From an uncultured bacterium (GTDB lineage: Bacteria > Verrucomicrobiota > Verrucomicrobiia > Verrucomicrobiales > DEV007): DNA of 64,000 bases. The first letter of the stretch is position 1, and every line of letters starts with the position of its first letter. Where the stretch lies: contig CAXBMO010000031.1 in the NCBI GenBank assembly GCA_963977015.1, positions 1 to 64,000 on the forward strand, written 5' to 3'. A model generated the notes under the pieces. That model was not told the DNA's origin, did not search any database, and saw only the letters and a list, made by a program, of their open reading frames with translations. The position numbers and the translations under genes are program-made. Positions 28,164 to 36,916 of this stretch are shown in pieces.

Positions 28164-28291
28164 GGCTAACGTCCAGGAACAGCCGCCGTCACCCGGAAAG
28201 CGCGCTTCGCTCCATTGATAAATTTCTAATTACATTCCGCTTTTCTACACAGATCGCGGGTGAAAGGTCGGCCTGCTTCCTCTTGTTAGGT
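28164..28291 (-). other. Integron attC site
   Basis: Minus strand ACCTAAC (contains the TAA stop)-AAGAG-GAAGCAG ... CTGTTC-CTGGAC-GTTAGCC, with an extrahelical G and an inner TCACCCG/CGGGTGA stem. Confidence 0.85.
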
Positions 28292-28594
28292 GTTTTGTTG
28301 GCCGACTGATTCGACCATATCATCAAAGAAACAACTCACTCGCTTTTTCCACTTTAGTTGTAGTTTTTCGTTTGCCTTCTTGAAGTCGTTGGGAGGGTTT
28401 CCCTTCCCCTTGAATTCTGCGTAAAAAATTTCGACGACAGGTCGATCATCTTCTCCGATTCCACTGATCAGTCTTTTCGCATGCCTTTCCCAACCGGATC
28501 TGGCGTCCAAACTTAAATCCTTCCAATCTACAGTATGGTATCCAAATCCAGCAAAGTGATAGTTCAGTAATTCTCCAATTGTTTTTCTCATCAT
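28286..28594 (-). CDS. Hypothetical cassette protein (102 aa)
   Basis: AT-rich ORF filling the space between two attC sites; stop lies inside R''. Confidence 0.65.
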   Translation of the reverse strand: MMRKTIGELLNYHFAGFGYHTVDWKDLSLDARSGWERHAKRLISGIGEDDRPVVEIFYAEFKGKGNPPNDFKKANEKLQLKWKKRVSCFFDDMVESVGQQNT

Positions 28595-28644
28595 TTAGAT
28601 TGTTAATTCCCCAACTTTCGACTCATTCCCTTTTTATCTTCTTC

Positions 28645-28770
28645 GCCTAATCGTCGAAGTCATCCTACACCTGACCGAGGGCGCGCTCCGAAATCTGGGT
28701 TGATGGATGGATGGTCATGATGCTCTCGACTCGGGGTGGGTCTGGCGTTAGGATCGACGCCTTGTTAGGC
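28645..28770 (-). other. Integron attC site with a 1-nt insertion in R'
   Basis: Minus strand GCCTAAC-AAGGC-GTC(G)ATCC ... GGATGAC-TTCGAC-G(A)TTAGGC. Confidence 0.8.
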
Positions 28771-29427
28771 GCATTCAGCCTCGGGGGACTTCGCCTTGAT
28801 GTTTTCCAGAAGCTGCTCGACACGGGCGACCTGCATTGGCGCTGAATAGACATATTCAAGCACGGCCTGACAAAGTGCGGCCAGAACTGGAACCTCATCG
28901 TCCGTTAGTTCGCCTAAATCTGCGTGCGCTCCGACATTTCGTAGTTGCCGGAGTTTGTGAGCCATGTCGGCTAGATTCTTTGGAATCTCGTTGCGAGTTG
29001 CGAGATCCTCCAATCTCTTATGGAGAATATCGCCATTTGCGTTCCGATCGTCACAGACGGCGTCCAGAACTCGGCCCAGTAAGACTGCGTAGGCGTTCGC
29101 GGAGATAGTGGAAACCTGTTCGGCTGCTCTAAACTCCTTTTCGACACTGGCAGGAAGGCCCTCAACCCCCTTCTTCTCGTTGGGATAAATTACTTTGCCA
29201 TGCCAATCCTCTCGGTCCATTCCGTCATGCCAAAAGCCAGACCGGATAGTTACTTCTCCGCACTTCGGGCAAGACAGTACCTGGTAGATGGTTCCGGATT
29301 CATCCGGAGGGCCATCTTCTCGATAATGCGTTATAGTGTCGGACACAGACCCGATAACACGCATCGCGGCAAAGTTCTGGCACCTTCGACATTCGATTTC
29401 TTCAGAATAGGTCACGCCTTTTGACAT
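28765..29427 (-). CDS. Zn-ribbon + DUF4145 (HEPN-like) protein, cassette-borne
   Basis: CRRC/CPKC; AYAVLLGRVLDAVC; LRNVGAH (RxxxxH). Confidence 0.8.
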   Translation of the reverse strand: MSKGVTYSEEIECRRCQNFAAMRVIGSVSDTITHYREDGPPDESGTIYQVLSCPKCGEVTIRSGFWHDGMDREDWHGKVIYPNEKKGVEGLPASVEKEFRAAEQVSTISANAYAVLLGRVLDAVCDDRNANGDILHKRLEDLATRNEIPKNLADMAHKLRQLRNVGAHADLGELTDDEVPVLAALCQAVLEYVYSAPMQVARVEQLLENIKAKSPEAECA

Positions 29428-29454
29428 AGCTGTGCGGTCTCTCTAGTTTCTTTC

Positions 29455-29520
29455 GCCTAACTGGGGCTATCCTGCATTTCTGCAGGGATATCCTTTTGTA
29501 GTCAACATTCCTGCAGGGAG
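29455..29520 (-). other. Putative attI-like core site at the head of the cassette array
   Basis: GTTAGGC core 28 nt upstream of the first cassette ATG; no attC-type palindrome; repeated TCCCTGCAG motifs upstream. Confidence 0.45.
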
Positions 29521-30212
29521 ATTTGGATATTGAGAGAGGGGTGCGGAGGAGGGGGATGTTGAACTTTCATGACCGGATTTTGCGAATGAGCTGCTACCTG
29601 AAGTGGGAATTCTATTGCGGTGCGAGGCGGTGTCAAGGGTTGGGAGTCGATCCTGGCTGAACTCGCCAAACTGGTGATCAACGGAACATTCCCGGAAATT
29701 ATCCCTGCAGATTTGTCAAAATATCACAGAAACTGTGGTGAGAGGTGGGGTGACCCATACAAAATCCTCCTCCCCTCCCACCTCTCTCCTCCTCACCTAG
29801 ATTTGGCGTAGGGCGCTGTGGGATTTCTCGCAACGGCGCTACGACCGCTACGGGGCGTGGGTTGAGAGATCAAGCCACGCGGAATGATGGCTTTGGAGGC
29901 GTCCGGACATTGGATGGACCGCGCCAGCCCAACGTTGGGGCTTCACGGGTTCGATGATTCCGCTTCAACCGAACGCAGCCTGTCAGATCAGGGCGCTCGA
30001 GGTACTGATTCCGCAATGGGTTTTGAGGGAAAGGCAGGGTTGAGCGACACCCCACCCCTGCGCTCGTTGTCAGTTCCGCAACCAACGCGAAAACGTGGAC
30101 AATTTACGCAAAGTGTCAGGGCAGGTGTGGCGCTTATATTGGTAATGCTGAGAGATGGCTCCTGTCAGCCATCAACGGCAGAAAACCAAAACCTTCATAT
30201 CCCCCCAATTTT

Positions 30213-30671
30213 ATGAAAACATCATTGACGTCATGGGATCCATTTCGTGATCTGGACACCTTTAGTGACCGCCTTTCACGCGCGATGGGAGGTCGAGCTT
30301 GGCCAGGCGACGGAGAAACGGCCCTGGCTCAGGCCGACTGGAATCCCGCCGCTGACATTACCGAGGACGAGCATGAATTCCTCGTAAAAGTGGACCTCCC
30401 CGAGGTGAAGAAAGACGAAGTAAAAGTAATGGTGGAGAATGGTGTCTTGTCCATCTCCGGCGAGCGCAAGTTTGAGCACGAGGAGAAGGACGAGAAAAAG
30501 AAGGTGCACCGGATCGAGCGCAGCTACGGCTCCTACATGCGAAGCTTTCGACTGCCGGAGACGGTGGATGCAGAGGAGCTGAAGGCTGAGTTCAAGGAAG
30601 GTGTCCTTTCCGTCCATTTACCGAAGTGCGAGGAGACCAAGCCTCGTCAGATCGAGGTCAAAGTTCACTAG
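30213..30671 (+). CDS. Hsp20/alpha-crystallin small heat shock protein
   Basis: WDPFRDL, DLPEV, NGVLSISGER, HRIERSYGSYMRSFRLP, GVLSVHLPK. Confidence 0.95.
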   Translation: MKTSLTSWDPFRDLDTFSDRLSRAMGGRAWPGDGETALAQADWNPAADITEDEHEFLVKVDLPEVKKDEVKVMVENGVLSISGERKFEHEEKDEKKKVHRIERSYGSYMRSFRLPETVDAEELKAEFKEGVLSVHLPKCEETKPRQIEVKVH

Positions 30672-30853
30672 GCAGGCGTTTGAAATGATGACGGCCTCGC
30701 AAGTTGCTCCTCATTATCAAACGCGCCCTGGCAGGGCCGCAACCTTTGTTTAGTTGGATGATCCGCAATGGCTCCGGCTCGGTGGTGGGCCGGGCGCCAT
30801 TGCGGTAGTCTTCTCCCCAAATTGGCCGCTTTCCGCTCCGCAAGCATTCGTCC

Positions 30854-32275
30854 TTATTGGGGATGGCCATCAAAAACGTCCAAAGCCCACGCATGATAGC
30901 GGGCCTGTAACGTTTCGACGATGCCGGGGTTCTCCGCAAAGTAGTCCTTCACCTCCGGGTTTTCGTCCGCCAAGTGATGCAGGGAGGTTTTCCTACCCTG
31001 TTTGATCAGCTTCCAGTCTCCTTCGCGCACCGCCCATGCCTCCTTCCATTGAAAGTACAGGACCGGATGAGCCGTCGGAGCCTCGTCCGAGTCAATGACC
31101 GGCTGAAGGCTGCGCCCGTCGAGGCTGACCGCAGGCAGTTCGATTCCACACCATTCCAGGATGCTGGGAAACCAGTCCATGATCGTCACTGCCTGATCCC
31201 TGACGATTCCCTTGGGAAGCCTGGCCGGCCAACTGACGATCGCCGGAACCCGGACACCGCCCTCGAAAAACGTTCCCTTCGCGCCGATCCACTTGCCCGT
31301 ATTCCCGCCTCCGCCATGGGCGCTGTAATAATGGCCGGTCGGGTAGCCGCTCTTGTGATTGTCGAACCGGATTCCCTGGTTGTCTTCCGCCGAGTGCCCG
31401 TTGTCGCTTTGAAAGATCACGATGGTATTCTCCGTCAGATTCAACTCATCCAGCTTCTTCAGGATCATCCCCATATAATAGTCTGTCGTCGTTGTGATGG
31501 CGGCATAGGAACGGCGCGGCATTGGAAGGTGCTTGTATAGCTCGACATGCTCCGGCAGAGCCTGCTCCGGGTAATGGGGAATATTGTACCCAACATAGAG
31601 CAGAAACGGGTTCGCCTGGTTCTTTTCGACAAACTGAAGCGCCCGATCGGTGATGAGCTCGGGAAAGTATTCGCCGTTTTTGAAAACCTCCGTGGTCCCT
31701 TCGTAGAGATCGTGGTAACCCCGGCCGTGGAGGAAGTAATGATTGTAGTTGTCGATGAAGCCGTTGCGAATCCCGAAGAACTCATCGAACCCCTGCTTCG
31801 TGGGGCCGGCATCGCGATGCGAACCGACATGCCATTTGCCAAACAGCCCGGTCGCATATCCAGCCTCCCGGAGCGCCTCGGCAATCGTCACCTCCTCCAG
31901 CGCCATGTTGATTCCGTCCGCCCCCTTCATGCTCCCCTGCGTCCACGAATTGACCCCGGAACGTTGCGGATGCCGGCCCGTCAGCAAAGCGGCCCGGGAG
32001 GGACAGCAGACGGTGTGGGCATACGCCTGCGTAAAACGCACGCCATCCCCGGCCATCCGGTCGATGTTCGGAGTCTTCAGGTCCAGAGAGCCGTAGCAAT
32101 TGGCGTCGAGCGTGCCTTGGTCATCGGTGTAGAGAATCACGACATTGGGCTTTTTCCCGGTCGCTGCTTCAGCTTCCGCTTCCGCTTCAACCGACAAGCA
32201 GGTGAGCAGCAGGGCAGCAACCTTGAGCGCCACTTTATGGGGAGCGCTTGGCGAACCTAGGGTTTTGGAGGCCAT
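30854..32275 (-). CDS. Sulfatase (arylsulfatase A-like)
   Basis: DDQG, CCPSRAALLTG, GKWHVG, SDNG, EGGVRVP; start uncertain. Confidence 0.92.
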   Translation of the reverse strand: MASKTLGSPSAPHKVALKVAALLLTCLSVEAEAEAEAATGKKPNVVILYTDDQGTLDANCYGSLDLKTPNIDRMAGDGVRFTQAYAHTVCCPSRAALLTGRHPQRSGVNSWTQGSMKGADGINMALEEVTIAEALREAGYATGLFGKWHVGSHRDAGPTKQGFDEFFGIRNGFIDNYNHYFLHGRGYHDLYEGTTEVFKNGEYFPELITDRALQFVEKNQANPFLLYVGYNIPHYPEQALPEHVELYKHLPMPRRSYAAITTTTDYYMGMILKKLDELNLTENTIVIFQSDNGHSAEDNQGIRFDNHKSGYPTGHYYSAHGGGGNTGKWIGAKGTFFEGGVRVPAIVSWPARLPKGIVRDQAVTIMDWFPSILEWCGIELPAVSLDGRSLQPVIDSDEAPTAHPVLYFQWKEAWAVREGDWKLIKQGRKTSLHHLADENPEVKDYFAENPGIVETLQARYHAWALDVFDGHPQ

Positions 32276-32333
32276 CCCCCATTTCTTGAGGATCCCGTCT
32301 CGCAGGTCTAGTAGAAAAATCACGCCCCCTTGG

Positions 32334-32537
32334 TGGGGACGGAATTTCTGGGGAGTTTTGTTACGAACCTGGAGATGGGGGCGGAATTTCTGGCGAATTC
32401 CGCTACAACCTGGGGATGGGGACGGAATTTCTGGCGAATTCCGCTACGAACTTGGGATGGGGACGGAATTCTGGCGAGTTCCGCTACGAACTTGGGATGG
32501 GGACGGAATTCTGGCGAATTCCGCTACAACCTGGGGG
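32334..32537 (-). repeat. Five tandem ~40-bp GTAG-type REP units
   Basis: Minus strand GTAG-CGGAATTCGCCAG(A)AATTCCG-TCCCC repeated head to tail with near-identical linkers; the leftmost copy is degenerate. Confidence 0.85.
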
Positions 32538-32584
32538 CGACGGATTTGGTTTACGAATGGCTTGAGCTTGAGTAGAGATTCCTC

Positions 32585-33580
32585 ATGAAAGTCATCATTA
32601 CTGGCGGCGGCGGATTTTTGGGGAACCAGCTGGGGCGCAAGCTCTTGGAACGGGGAACTCTTACCGGGCCGAGCGGGGATCAGGAGCCGATTGAGGAGCT
32701 GGTGCTCTTTGATGTGTTTATTCCCGATGATCGCAGGGCGGGGCTGGATGGAGTGGCGAAGTTCGTGACGGGGGATATCTCGGATCGGGACATTGTGGCG
32801 GGGCTGCTGGACCGGAAGGATGTGAGCGTGTTTCATCTGGCATCGATGGTGAGCGGGGAGTGTGAGGTGGATTTTGATGCCGCGATGGAGGTGAACCTGG
32901 ATGGCGGGCAGTTGCTGCTGGAGGGGCTGCGGAAACTGGAAGGCCAGCCGCGAATCGTGTTCGCGAGCAGTGTGGCGGCGTTTGGCGGGGCGTCGATGCC
33001 GGCGGTGGTCGGCGATACGACGAAGCGTTGCCCACAAACGACGTATGGAATGACGAAGGTGATCTGTGAGCTGTTGATCAACGATTACACGCGCAAGGGG
33101 TTTCTCGATGGGCGCGGGGCGAGGCTTCCCACGGTGATCATCCGCCCGGGCAAGCCGAACACGGCGGCATCGAGCTTTGCGAGCGGGATGTTTCGCGAGC
33201 CGCTGGCGGGTGAGCCCTGCGAGTTGCCGGTGGGCCGGGATCAACGCATGCCGGTGATCGGGTATCGCACGGTTGTGGATTCGTTCATCGCGCTGCATGA
33301 GTTGGAGGGCGGGAAGTTGGATGACGATCGCATTTACACGCTGCCGAGCCATGATTTGACGGTGGCGGAGATGGTGAAGGTGCTGGAGAGCGAGGCAGCG
33401 CGGCTGAATCTGAAGCTGGGCCCGATTGTGGATGCGCCGGATCCCGTGATTCAGGCCATTGTGAAAACGTGGCCGGTGGCGACGGATGGGAGCCGGGGAC
33501 TGGGCGTGGGGCTGCCCGAGGTGGAGCCGCTGGAGCAGATCATTCAGGGTTATCTGGAGGATTTTGGGACAGAGCGGTGA
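32585..33580 (+). CDS. denD: NAD-dependent epimerase/dehydratase, D-erythronate dehydrogenase-like
   Basis: TGGGGFLG, HLASMVSGE, YGMTK, DYTRKGFLDGR, RPGKPNTAASSF.S.MFREPL. Confidence 0.75.
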   Translation: MKVIITGGGGFLGNQLGRKLLERGTLTGPSGDQEPIEELVLFDVFIPDDRRAGLDGVAKFVTGDISDRDIVAGLLDRKDVSVFHLASMVSGECEVDFDAAMEVNLDGGQLLLEGLRKLEGQPRIVFASSVAAFGGASMPAVVGDTTKRCPQTTYGMTKVICELLINDYTRKGFLDGRGARLPTVIIRPGKPNTAASSFASGMFREPLAGEPCELPVGRDQRMPVIGYRTVVDSFIALHELEGGKLDDDRIYTLPSHDLTVAEMVKVLESEAARLNLKLGPIVDAPDPVIQAIVKTWPVATDGSRGLGVGLPEVEPLEQIIQGYLEDFGTER

Positions 33581-33590
33581 GAGCCCGGTA

Positions 33591-33735
33591 TCCAAATCAC
33601 AGATTCCAAATCCCAAACAAACTCCAACTTTCAAATTCCAAACCTCAGAACGGGTTCGGCGCATTGCTCAGGTTGGAACTTGTGATTTGGAATTTGGAAA
33701 TTGTTTGGAATCTGGTGCTTGGGATTTGGAGTTTG
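33591..33735. repeat. Gene-less inverted heptamer-repeat element (AAATYCC / TTGGRAT family)
   Basis: Left arm AAATCAC AGATTCC AAATCCC AAAC AAACTCC AACTTTC AAATTCC; right arm TTGGAAC TTGTGAT TTGGAAT TTGGAAA TTGT TTGGAAT CTGGTGC TTGGGAT TTGGAGT. Confidence 0.85.
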
Positions 33736-33768
33736 CGGTCCCCTTCATACCGTGGTTATTTCGATTCC

Positions 33769-34188
33769 ATGGAAACAACTCTCCAACAAGCTACTACGAT
33801 CGACGAAAAAGCCCGTGAACTGTGCCAATTCGTGCTGGATGACGCCGGTTTCGCCTCTGCCCAGGGCCGCATTGAGCTGTTCATGGAAGATGAGGATGCG
33901 AAAAACGTTTATCGCGCGTGGCAGGAGAAGTCCCAGGAGTTGCATTCCAAGAGTCACCAGGGTCTGCAGCCGACCGAAGGCGATGTGGCCGAGATCGAGA
34001 GCCTGAAGTCTGCGGTGATGAGCAATTCCGTGGCGTTGGATTTTGTCGAGGCGGAGAACGAGATGAATGCGATTTTTGGCTCGGTGACGAAGTTGCTCCA
34101 GAAGACGCTGCAGCTCGGGCGCCTGCCGACCGATGAGGACATGAAGGAAAGCGAATGCTGCAGCAGCGGTGGTTGCGGCTGCGGCTAG
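33769..34188 (+). CDS. YlbF/YmcA-family regulator with a Cys-rich tail
   Basis: KARELC, helical core, NSVALDFVEAE; ends ECCSSGGCGCG. Confidence 0.75.
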   Translation: METTLQQATTIDEKARELCQFVLDDAGFASAQGRIELFMEDEDAKNVYRAWQEKSQELHSKSHQGLQPTEGDVAEIESLKSAVMSNSVALDFVEAENEMNAIFGSVTKLLQKTLQLGRLPTDEDMKESECCSSGGCGCG

Positions 34189-34294
34189 AGCGAAGAAGCG
34201 AGCCGAGAGTCTCGCGATACGCGGCTGAGTCGTCAATTTTCGGGAAGATCCGGGTTGGGATCTGCGTGTATCCTAGCGCAGTAACCTCCTTGCC

Positions 34295-35854
34295 ATGACT
34301 TTCCGAATCCTCCTCTCCGCTCTCGCCCTACTATTTGCCTCCAACGCGCTGGCTGATTGGCCACAATGGCGCGGCCCCACCCGAAACGGAGTGGCCACCA
34401 ACGTGGACCTGCCGGAGACGTGGAGTGACGACTTTAAACCGGCCGTTCTCTGGGAAAGCGAGGAGATTCCGTCCGACCACTATGGCGGCCACGGCAGCGT
34501 GTCGATTGCGGATGGAAAGGTCTTTATGAGCGTGGTTTGGCATCGCGATGAGCCGACGCCGACCCGGACGATCACGAGCCAGGTGATGAGCGACCTGGGC
34601 TATCGCGGCAACGACATGACCGAGGAGCAGATTGCGAAGTTTGAGGAGGCGCGGCTCGGGATGAATCCGCGATTGCGCGGAAATGCGCTGACGGAGTGGG
34701 CCGGGAACTGGGCGGACGAGAATCTGGACGAGAAGCAGCTCCTGAAATACAAGGGCTGGGTGGTGAGCCGGTTTAAGCAGGGAAAAACGGCCATCCCGAT
34801 GGCGGATTTCGCCCTGATGCAACCGGTGCTGAACAAGGAGTTCGCCGGCATTGACGAGTTGCGGGTCTGGGTGGAGGCCCAGGCGTGGAATGATCCCGCA
34901 ACGGCGGAAAAGGTGCTGACGCAGGTGCCCAACACAAAGAAGGCGGCCAACAACGTGGTGATTTGCCTGAGCCTGGAGGAAGGCTCGACGCTTTGGAAGT
35001 TCGAGGTGCCGGGTGCGCCGACCGGCCGGACGTCATCGAGCACCCCGGCCGTGGTGGATGGCACGGTTTATGCCGTTTTGAGCGATGGAGTGTTCGCCGT
35101 AAATGCGGAGACCGGCGAGCAGCGCTGGAAATACGCGATGCCGAAGAAGCGGGCGATCGCGAGTTCGCCACTGGTCGCGGAAGGGCGTGTGCTGGTGCAG
35201 ATTGGCCAGCTGGCAGCGCTGGATGCGGCGACGGGCGAGCTGCTTTGGGAGTGTCGCGACGTTTCCTCGACCAACAGTTCTCCGGCGATCTGGAATGATG
35301 TGGTGATCTGCAATGCGGGTCGCGAACTGATTGGGGTTGATCTGGAAAGTGGCGAGGTGCAGTGGCGCCATCCGGCGGGTGGCGATGCCACGCCCGTGAT
35401 TTCCGGGGATCGCTGCATTGTCGCAAGCAAGGCCGACGGGCAAAGCCTGACCGGGTTCGCGCTATCGCCGGAAGGTGCGCGGCAAATCTGGGCCAAGGGG
35501 TTTCTCGCCCGCCGTTACGGCTCCAGCCCCATCATTCACGATGGCCACGTTTACCATCTGGGGAGCGCGCGCCACATGTGCCTGGATTTGGAGACCGGGG
35601 AAACGCTGTGGGAGGTGGAACGTTCTTCGAACCTTTCGTCACCACTCGTCGCGAACGACAAGCTGCTCGTTTACGAGAACAACGGCGGCTTTCTCGCCAT
35701 GATCGGAGCGCAACCGAAGGAGCACCAGATCCTGGGACGCGTCAAAGTGGGAGCGCTCGGTTGCACGACACCAGCGGTTGTCGGCTCCAAGGCGGTTCTC
35801 AGAACGCGGGACCGGGTGATTTGTTACGACCTGAAGACTTCGAGCGCAGAGTAG
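34295..35854 (+). CDS. PQQ-like beta-propeller (BamB-like) secreted protein
   Basis: ADWPQWRGPTRNG; repeated SSP/TP and G..LW motifs. Confidence 0.85.
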   Translation: MTFRILLSALALLFASNALADWPQWRGPTRNGVATNVDLPETWSDDFKPAVLWESEEIPSDHYGGHGSVSIADGKVFMSVVWHRDEPTPTRTITSQVMSDLGYRGNDMTEEQIAKFEEARLGMNPRLRGNALTEWAGNWADENLDEKQLLKYKGWVVSRFKQGKTAIPMADFALMQPVLNKEFAGIDELRVWVEAQAWNDPATAEKVLTQVPNTKKAANNVVICLSLEEGSTLWKFEVPGAPTGRTSSSTPAVVDGTVYAVLSDGVFAVNAETGEQRWKYAMPKKRAIASSPLVAEGRVLVQIGQLAALDAATGELLWECRDVSSTNSSPAIWNDVVICNAGRELIGVDLESGEVQWRHPAGGDATPVISGDRCIVASKADGQSLTGFALSPEGARQIWAKGFLARRYGSSPIIHDGHVYHLGSARHMCLDLETGETLWEVERSSNLSSPLVANDKLLVYENNGGFLAMIGAQPKEHQILGRVKVGALGCTTPAVVGSKAVLRTRDRVICYDLKTSSAE

Positions 35855-35882
35855 TTCGGTCCACTCTCGCCGGCTTCCGGGA

Positions 35883-36842
35883 TCAGGGCTCCGTCACCGG
35901 ATTTCCGGACACCGGAGGCGCGACCTCTGAAATGGGAGGATAGGTGACTGGCGCACTGGTCGCAGCCGGTTGACCGGGAGCGACCGGCGTTGCCCGGGGT
36001 GGATTGGGAACCTCCGGCATGTTGGTTTGAGGCGCGGGCTGATATTGGCCGGGAACGCCGACTGGCTGGCCTGTCGCATTTGGCTGGTAAGGCTGGAGAT
36101 TCGGATTGGCGGCCGGTGCGGGCTGAGCCGCCCGGGCATTGGTATAGCGCATGAGCTTGTTGACCAATTGTTGCCCGGTCGCGGTCATCCTGGCGCGGTT
36201 TCCAAACAGAACTTCCTGCATGCTCAGCCCGTAGTAGGTGACGTTGTTCTTTTGTGCGGGAATGATCCCGCCTCCTTCGATCGCCACACCTGCAAACAGG
36301 CCGGCTTGATCGGAGTAAACCAGAATCGGAGTCTTGACGGCATCGACGGAAGCTTCTCCTCCCGCGGTGGCCGGTCCCGCGGTCGCGCGAACATCCACTC
36401 CAAACTTCAATCCGCTTTGCCGCAGCATGTTCATGCCCTCGTCCTGCATGATGAGATAGACCGTGTCCGCGTTTTGCGCGCCAATCTGCCAGCCATAGCT
36501 GCCTTCCGCATTCGCGACAAAGGCAGGAGGGCTCCAACGACCGGTCTGGGGATTTTTCACCATGGCGACGCCTCCCCCACCCTGGGCTCCGATGCCGATT
36601 CCGGCCTTGAACTGGTGGACGATGATGATTCCAATTGCGTTCGACAAAACCTGAGATGGAATCCGCGTTTCCGGATTCGCCTGAATCACATCCAAGCGTT
36701 CACCGGCTTTGATGATTTTCGTGTCGAGCTTTTCGGGAGACTTCTTGAACAACTGGGCGTTGGCAGGAACCGGGCTCAGAGCAATCGCGAGACTGAACGT
36801 CAATGCGGCGATTCCGGTGGCTCTTTGGAATTGGGATTTCAT
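35883..36842 (-). CDS. SYLF/Ysc84 lipid-binding domain protein with Pro-rich tail
   Basis: KAGIGIGAQGGGG, WSPPAF, GWQIG, YSDQAGLFAG. Confidence 0.85.
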   Translation of the reverse strand: MKSQFQRATGIAALTFSLAIALSPVPANAQLFKKSPEKLDTKIIKAGERLDVIQANPETRIPSQVLSNAIGIIIVHQFKAGIGIGAQGGGGVAMVKNPQTGRWSPPAFVANAEGSYGWQIGAQNADTVYLIMQDEGMNMLRQSGLKFGVDVRATAGPATAGGEASVDAVKTPILVYSDQAGLFAGVAIEGGGIIPAQKNNVTYYGLSMQEVLFGNRARMTATGQQLVNKLMRYTNARAAQPAPAANPNLQPYQPNATGQPVGVPGQYQPAPQTNMPEVPNPPRATPVAPGQPAATSAPVTYPPISEVAPPVSGNPVTEP

Positions 36843-36916
36843 GGCTTTGTTACTGGGTCAGTAAGGTTAGACGGGGCGGGATGAACACCATTCGGACTCT
36901 AACTTACCCCCCAATT

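Noticed and set aside
29620-30216. Integron integrase remnant
   Set aside because: The short ORFs show no tyrosine recombinase motifs I can recognise.
32334-32537. CRISPR array
   Set aside because: Linkers are short and nearly identical rather than unique spacers, and there are no cas genes; it fits a REP tandem.
33469-33768. N-terminal extension of the YlbF-like ORF
   Set aside because: It overlaps denD and the heptamer repeat; the ATG at 33769 has a promoter-like box upstream.
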